Assembly: GCA_040882355.1 (NCBI GenBank)
Contig: JBBEBM010000052.1
Span: 62,001 to 82,796 of the forward strand
Length of the DNA stretch: 20,796 nucleotides
Direction of reading: 5' to 3'
Source of the DNA: Dehalococcoidia bacterium
GTDB lineage: Bacteria; Chloroflexota; Dehalococcoidia; DSTF01; RBG-16-68-14
Shown here in pieces: positions 16,067 through 20,796 of the stretch. Both the position numbers and the translations under genes were made by a program. Below the pieces are notes generated by a model. It was given only the letters and a program-made list of their open reading frames with translations, had not been told where the DNA came from and made no database searches. How positions within the stretch are numbered: position 1 is the first letter of the stretch; the number at the start of each line of letters is the position of its first letter.

Positions 16067-16090
16067 GATGCCGCGCACTTCAGTGCGCGG
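16067..16090 (+). repeat. 20-nt hairpin/palindrome, REP-like or operator (copy 2)
   Basis: GATG-CCGCGCACT-TC-AGTGCGCGG; perfect 9-bp inverted repeat 14 nt upstream of the CoA-transferase ATG. Confidence 0.55.
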
Positions 16091-16104
16091 TCGAGCAACC
16101 CTGC

Positions 16105-17442
16105 ATGACTGACGCCCCCACCGCCCTTGACGACATCCGCGTGCTCGACCTGACGGGCGAGATCGGCGCGTACTGCGGCAAGCTGCTCGCCGATCTTGGG
16201 GCGGACGTGATCAAGATTGAGCCGCCGGGCGGCGATCCGTCGCGTAACGTCGGGCCGTTCTACCACGACGAGCCCGGCCCCGAGCGCAGCCTCTACTTCC
16301 TCAACCTGAACACGAGCAAGCGCGGCATTGTGCTCGACCTGGAGCGCGAGGAGGGCCGCAAGGTCTTCAGCGAGCTGGTCGCGACCGCGGACGTCGTGCT
16401 CGAATCATTCGCCCCCGACTACCTCGACAACCTGGGCCTGGGCGACGAGGCGCTCCGCTCGCTCCGACCCGACCTGGTCCACACGTCGATCACGGGGTTC
16501 GGCCAGTCGGGTCCGCACGCCGGCTACCTGGCGCCGGACATCGTCGGCGTGGCGATGGCGGGCATCATGTGGCTCGCCGGCGACCCGCAGGACCCGCCGA
16601 ACGTGCCGCCCGCCTACCAGGGCTTCCTCTCGGCGTCGATCCAGGCGGCCGCGGGCACGATGATGGCGCTCTACCACCGCGACCTGACCGGCGAGGGCCA
16701 GCACGTCGACGTCTCCATGCAGGAGGCCCTGCTCATCGCGCAGGAGACGGCGATGCAGAGCTACGACATGCAGAAGGCGGTGCGCGGCCGCAGCGGCGCG
16801 CGCGCCGCGCTGCCCATCGTCGTGCCCGGGATGGGTCCGTACGAGACGAGCGACGGCTGGATCTGGGCCTACGTCGGGACGCCGGGCGGCGCGCCGTGGT
16901 CGGAGCTGCTCCAATGGATGGAGGACGAAGGCAAGGCCGAGGACCTGAGCGAAGACCCGTGTCGCTCGGTCATCGAGCAGCTCAACCTGCGCTTCCTCAC
17001 CGTCACCGTGCTCGACGCGGAGCAGCGTGAAAAGCACGGGCCGACTCTCGCGCGCATCGATGAGGTGCTGCGGCGATTCTTCGAGGCGAAGACGAAGTGG
17101 GAGCTGTACGAGCAGGGGCAGAGCCGCCGCCTGCTCATCGGTATCGTGAGCACGCCGGAGGACCTGGCGAAGAACCCGCAGCTCAACGCGCGCGATTGGT
17201 TTCAGGAGATCGAGCATGTCGCGCTGCACGACACCCTCCGCCTGCCGGGGCCGCCCTATCGGCTAGACGCGACGCCGTGGCGCATCGCGCGCCGGGCGCC
17301 GCTCCTGGCCGAGCACACGTCGGAAGTGCTGCGCGAGGTCGGCTACTCGGAGGATGAGATCGCGTCGCTGCGCGCGGCGGGAGCGATCGAGACGCCCTCG
17401 ACCGGGCCGCGCGCGAACGGAGCGAGGAAGGCCGGCCGATGA
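16105..17442 (+). CDS. Class III (CaiB/BaiF) CoA-transferase, subunit apparently lacking the catalytic Asp (BbsE-like)
   Basis: RVLDL, LADLGADVIKIEPPGGD, NTSKRG, SITGFGQSGP, GQHVDVSM, APLLAEHT; no Asp in PPAYQGFLSA. Confidence 0.92.
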   Translation: MTDAPTALDDIRVLDLTGEIGAYCGKLLADLGADVIKIEPPGGDPSRNVGPFYHDEPGPERSLYFLNLNTSKRGIVLDLEREEGRKVFSELVATADVVLESFAPDYLDNLGLGDEALRSLRPDLVHTSITGFGQSGPHAGYLAPDIVGVAMAGIMWLAGDPQDPPNVPPAYQGFLSASIQAAAGTMMALYHRDLTGEGQHVDVSMQEALLIAQETAMQSYDMQKAVRGRSGARAALPIVVPGMGPYETSDGWIWAYVGTPGGAPWSELLQWMEDEGKAEDLSEDPCRSVIEQLNLRFLTVTVLDAEQREKHGPTLARIDEVLRRFFEAKTKWELYEQGQSRRLLIGIVSTPEDLAKNPQLNARDWFQEIEHVALHDTLRLPGPPYRLDATPWRIARRAPLLAEHTSEVLREVGYSEDEIASLRAAGAIETPSTGPRANGARKAGR

Positions 17443-18704
17443 CGCCGGAAGAGCGCCGGCTGCCGCTCACGGGCCTCAACGTCGCGGACTTCTCGTGGTT
17501 CGCGGCGGGGCCGATTTGCGCCGAGGTGATGGGCCTCTACGGCGCGACGGTCGTGCGTGTTGAGTCGGAGTCGCACGTGGACGGGCTGCGCGGCGTGGGG
17601 CCGTTCGCGCAAGGGAAGACCGGTTACAACGTGAGCGGTTACTTCAACAACTACAACGCGAACAAGCTCGGCGTGACGATCGACCTGAACACGGAGAAGG
17701 GCCGCGACGTAGCGCTGCGGCTCGTCGCGTGGGCAGACGTCTTCATCACGAACATGACACCTCGCGTCATCGAGCGCTGGCGCCTCACGTACGACGAGCT
17801 CGTGAAGGCGCGGCCGGACGTCATCGCCGTCTACCAGCCGATGCAAGGCTACGACGGCCCCCACCGCGACTTCCTCGGCTTCGGCGCGGTGCTGACGCCA
17901 ATCACGGGCTTCAACCACCTGGCCGGCTTCCCGAACCGGGCGCCGTCAGGGCTGGGCACGAACTACCCGGACTACGTGATCAACCCGAACCACACGCTCG
18001 TCGCGATCCTCGCCGCGCTACGGCATCGAAGGCGCACGGGCAAGGGCCAGCGCGTCGAGCTGTCGCAGCTCGAATCGACGGTCTCGGCGCTGGCGCCGGC
18101 GCTGATGGACTGCACGGTGAACGGCCGCGTGCAGGGGCGCTCGGGCAACCGGCTGCCGCACGCCGCGCCGCACGGCGCCTTCCGCTGCCATACGATCAAA
18201 GTCGAAACAGCCTTCGGCGAGCGCGACGAAGAGCGCTGGTGTGTCATCGCGTGTTTCAGCGACGCGCAGTGGGACGCGCTTCGCCACGCAATCGGCGACC
18301 CGGAGTGGACGCGCGACGAGCGCTTCGGCACGCACGCCGCCCGCAAGCAGCACGAGGACGACCTGGAGCAGCGCATTGAGGAGTGGACGTCCGAGCGATC
18401 GCCGGAGGATGTGATGAAGACGCTGCAGGCCGCCGGCGTGCCCGCAGCGGTCGTCCAGAACGCCCGCGACTGCCTCGAGAACGACGCCCACCTGCGCGAG
18501 CGCGAGTACTACGTCCACCTGGACCACCCGGAGGCGGGCCGCACCGCCTACGACGGCGCCGGCTTCCGGCTCTCGAAGACGCCCGCGCAGTTTCGCACCG
18601 CCGCGCCTTGCCTCGGCGAGCACACGCACCAGGTCTGCAAGGAGCTCCTCGGCCTCAGCGACGACGAGATCGCGGAGCTGATGGTGGAGCAGGTGCTGCA
18701 CTAG
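17439..18704 (+). CDS. Class III (CaiB/BaiF) CoA-transferase, catalytic-type subunit (BbsF-like)
   Basis: ATGA overlap with the previous gene; DFSWFAAGP, NANKLG, GYDGP, TNYPDY (Asp present), GQRVELSQ, APCLGEHT. Confidence 0.92.
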   Translation: MTPEERRLPLTGLNVADFSWFAAGPICAEVMGLYGATVVRVESESHVDGLRGVGPFAQGKTGYNVSGYFNNYNANKLGVTIDLNTEKGRDVALRLVAWADVFITNMTPRVIERWRLTYDELVKARPDVIAVYQPMQGYDGPHRDFLGFGAVLTPITGFNHLAGFPNRAPSGLGTNYPDYVINPNHTLVAILAALRHRRRTGKGQRVELSQLESTVSALAPALMDCTVNGRVQGRSGNRLPHAAPHGAFRCHTIKVETAFGERDEERWCVIACFSDAQWDALRHAIGDPEWTRDERFGTHAARKQHEDDLEQRIEEWTSERSPEDVMKTLQAAGVPAAVVQNARDCLENDAHLREREYYVHLDHPEAGRTAYDGAGFRLSKTPAQFRTAAPCLGEHTHQVCKELLGLSDDEIAELMVEQVLH

Positions 18705-18750
18705 TTCGAAGTCGAAGTTCGAGGCTGACCATCGCGCCCGGTGCCGCCTG

Positions 18751-19692
18751 TTACTCGCTTACCGCCGCGCTCGCGGCGTCCAGCGCCGCGACCTCTGTGT
18801 CGGTGAGGCGCCAGCCGAGGGCGCCAGCGTTCTGGCGGGCCTGCTCGGCGTTCTTGGCGCCGGGGATGGGGACGGCGCCCTTGCAGATCAGCCAGTTGAG
18901 CGCCACCTGGCCCGGCGTCTTGCCTCCGCGCGCCTCGCCCGTTGAGCGGAGGAGGTCGATGAGGGGCTGGAGGAGGTCCAGGCGTTTTCGGCTACCGCCG
19001 CGGCGCTGGCGGATGCCCGGCGGCGGGTTGTCCGCGCTGTACTTGCCGGTGAGCAGGCCTTGCCCGAGCGGGCTGTACGCGATCAGCGTCACGTTCAGCT
19101 CACGGCAAGCGTCGAGCAGGCCGGTGGTCTCCGGCGAGCGATCGATCAGGCTGTAGCGCACCTGGTCCGCTGCGAGCGGGACGCCGCGCTTCGCCAGCGC
19201 CGCGTGCGCGCGCCGGAGCTGGCCGACGTTGTAGTTCGACACGCCGACCGCGGCGACGAGGCCCGCGTCGTAGGCGTCGGCCATCCCGTCCATCCAGCGC
19301 TCGATCGACACGGGCGGCAGGGGCCAGTGCATCTGGTAGAGGTCGACTCGCTCCACGCCCAGGCGCTCCAGGCTGCCGCGTAGGGCGCCGCGCAGGCTGG
19401 CCTTGCGCAGTCGCCACGGAAAGGGCATGAACTTCGTCGCGATGACGGCCGGTTCACCTGCCTTACGCATCGCTTCGCCGACGAGACGTTCCGACCGGCC
19501 GAAGCCGTACATCTCGGCGGTATCGTAGAAGTTGATGTCGGCGCTCAGCGCGGCGCGGAACGATTCGTCAATGTCGTCGCTGCTGTAGGAGCTGCCATAG
19601 CCCCAGTAGAAGCGGTCGCCCCACTGCCAGGTGCCGATGCCCAGCGGGCTGATCTGGATGTCGGTCGTGCCGAGCGCGACGCGTTCGGGCAT
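18751..19692 (-). CDS. Aldo/keto reductase
   Basis: Start ATG 19692; LGIGTWQWG, tetrad DTAEMY / ATKF / QMHWP, GVSNY, AYSPLGQG, PIPGAK. Confidence 0.95.
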   Translation of the reverse strand: MPERVALGTTDIQISPLGIGTWQWGDRFYWGYGSSYSSDDIDESFRAALSADINFYDTAEMYGFGRSERLVGEAMRKAGEPAVIATKFMPFPWRLRKASLRGALRGSLERLGVERVDLYQMHWPLPPVSIERWMDGMADAYDAGLVAAVGVSNYNVGQLRRAHAALAKRGVPLAADQVRYSLIDRSPETTGLLDACRELNVTLIAYSPLGQGLLTGKYSADNPPPGIRQRRGGSRKRLDLLQPLIDLLRSTGEARGGKTPGQVALNWLICKGAVPIPGAKNAEQARQNAGALGWRLTDTEVAALDAASAAVSE

Positions 19693-19700
19693 AGCGTTGC

Positions 19701-20796
19701 CTAACGCGTCAGCCAGGCGAACTGCTGCGGGCGTCGCTGGGCGCGCGGGTCGATCATGATATTGACGACGCTCGGCTTGCCGCTGGCGAAGGCCTGCTCC
19801 AGCGCGGGCCGGACCTCTTCCGGCCGCTCGCAGTAGTAGCCAAGGCCACCGAAGCCTTCGATCACCTTCTCGTAGTGCGCATTGGGCACGTAGGCCGTCG
19901 GCGGCACGTTCGCCGGGTCGAGCTCGCTCGGGCCGCCGCTGATGCCGTTGTTGTTGATGACGATAAACGTGATCGGCATGGCGTAGCGGCACGCGACCTC
20001 CACTTCCATGCCGCTGAAGCCGAACGCCGAATCCCCTTCGACTGCAACGACCCGCTTGTCGCGGTGGACCGCCTGGGCCGCGATGGCGAACGGCAGGCCC
20101 ATGCCCATGGTGCCGAAGGTGGCTGCGTCGAGGCGGTGGCGCGGGAGGTAGGTTGGCAGCACCTGGCGGCCGATGTCCATCGTGTTCGAGCCTTCGTTCA
20201 CCAGGATGGCGTCGCGCGGGAGGGCGTCGCGGATCTCCTTGAGGACGCGGTAGTAGCCCATCGGTACGGAGTCGTCGTTGAGCATCGGCTCGGTCTTGTC
20301 GACGTTCTCCTGCACCTTCTCGGCCAGGCTGGCACGCCACGGGCTCTCCGGGCTGAACTGCCACGGACGCTCCTCGAGCGCGGCGTTGAGCTGGCCCGTC
20401 ACCGCCTTCGCGTCACCGACGAGCGGGACCTCGGTCGCGACATTCGTGCCGATCTCTTCAGCGGAGATGTCGAGCTGGACGATGCGCACGTTCGGGTCGA
20501 AGCGGGGCGGCTGGCCGAAGTGGAGGATCCAGTTCAGCCGCGCGGCGATCAGGAAGACGACGTCGGCGTTCTGGAGCGCGTACGAACGCGCGGCCGCGAC
20601 GGAGAGCGGGTGGTCGTCCGGCAAAATGCCCTTGCCCATAGGCGATGGCAGGAACGGGAGCTGCGTCCGCTCGATGAAGTCCTGCACCTCCTGCTCCGCG
20701 CGCGAGTATGCGGCGCCCTTGCCGACGATGACAAGCGGCCGCTCGGCGCTGCGCAGCGCCTGGAGCGCTTGCTCGACGGCCGATGGGTCGGCCATC
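19701..20796 (-). CDS. ThDP-dependent 2-hydroxyacyl-CoA lyase (HACL-type; OXC family), 5' truncated by window
   Basis: GKGAAY, PFLPSPMGKG, RLNWILHFG, EGSNTMDIGR, RLDAATFGTMG, ThDP motif EGDSAFGFSGME..NNNG, C-terminal QQFAWLTR. Confidence 0.9.
   Translation of the reverse strand, partial: MADPSAVEQALQALRSAERPLVIVGKGAAYSRAEQEVQDFIERTQLPFLPSPMGKGILPDDHPLSVAAARSYALQNADVVFLIAARLNWILHFGQPPRFDPNVRIVQLDISAEEIGTNVATEVPLVGDAKAVTGQLNAALEERPWQFSPESPWRASLAEKVQENVDKTEPMLNDDSVPMGYYRVLKEIRDALPRDAILVNEGSNTMDIGRQVLPTYLPRHRLDAATFGTMGMGLPFAIAAQAVHRDKRVVAVEGDSAFGFSGMEVEVACRYAMPITFIVINNNGISGGPSELDPANVPPTAYVPNAHYEKVIEGFGGLGYYCERPEEVRPALEQAFASGKPSVVNIMIDPRAQRRPQQFAWLTR

Noticed and set aside
19693..20364. N-terminal 224-aa extension of the AKR ORF (apparent fusion)
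   Set aside because: It overlaps the HACL gene in another frame; AKR homology starts at ATG 19692
16105..20796. Classical oxc-frc oxalate degradation locus
   Set aside because: The ThDP enzyme motifs are HACL-like, and the transferases form a divergent heteromeric-type pair on the opposite strand rather than Frc
1..20796. CRISPR array, tRNA/rRNA, transposase, integrase or prophage genes
   Set aside because: No regularly spaced direct repeats, RNA-gene signatures or mobile-element protein motifs were seen

Overview
High-GC bacterial chromosomal window with about 24 densely packed CDSs. Gene content and protein style suggest Chloroflexota, probably Dehalococcoidia (inference). No rRNA, tRNA, CRISPR array or intact transposase was seen. 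Left to right: the 3' end of etfB, an ABM-barrel gene and etfA; a TIM-barrel-like hypothetical protein; small and membrane hypothetical proteins; a SAM methyltransferase; a divergent YchF-like NTPase coupled to XdhC; an SCP2-like protein coupled to an alpha/beta hydrolase; a CopD/DUF4149-like membrane protein; an MFS transporter; two tandem secreted proteins that share a ~120-aa Cys-bracketed, dockerin-like C-terminal module; a DUF5678-like plus clan-AA aspartic protease cassette; a second MFS transporter; a nitronate monooxygenase-family flavoprotein; a class III CoA-transferase pair, one member apparently lacking the catalytic Asp; an aldo/keto reductase; and the 3' part of a HACL-type ThDP enzyme. 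The most notable signals are the shared C-terminal surface module, the HACL/AKR/CoA-transferase neighbourhood, the protease cassette, and a family of 20-nt intergenic hairpins with compensatory changes.
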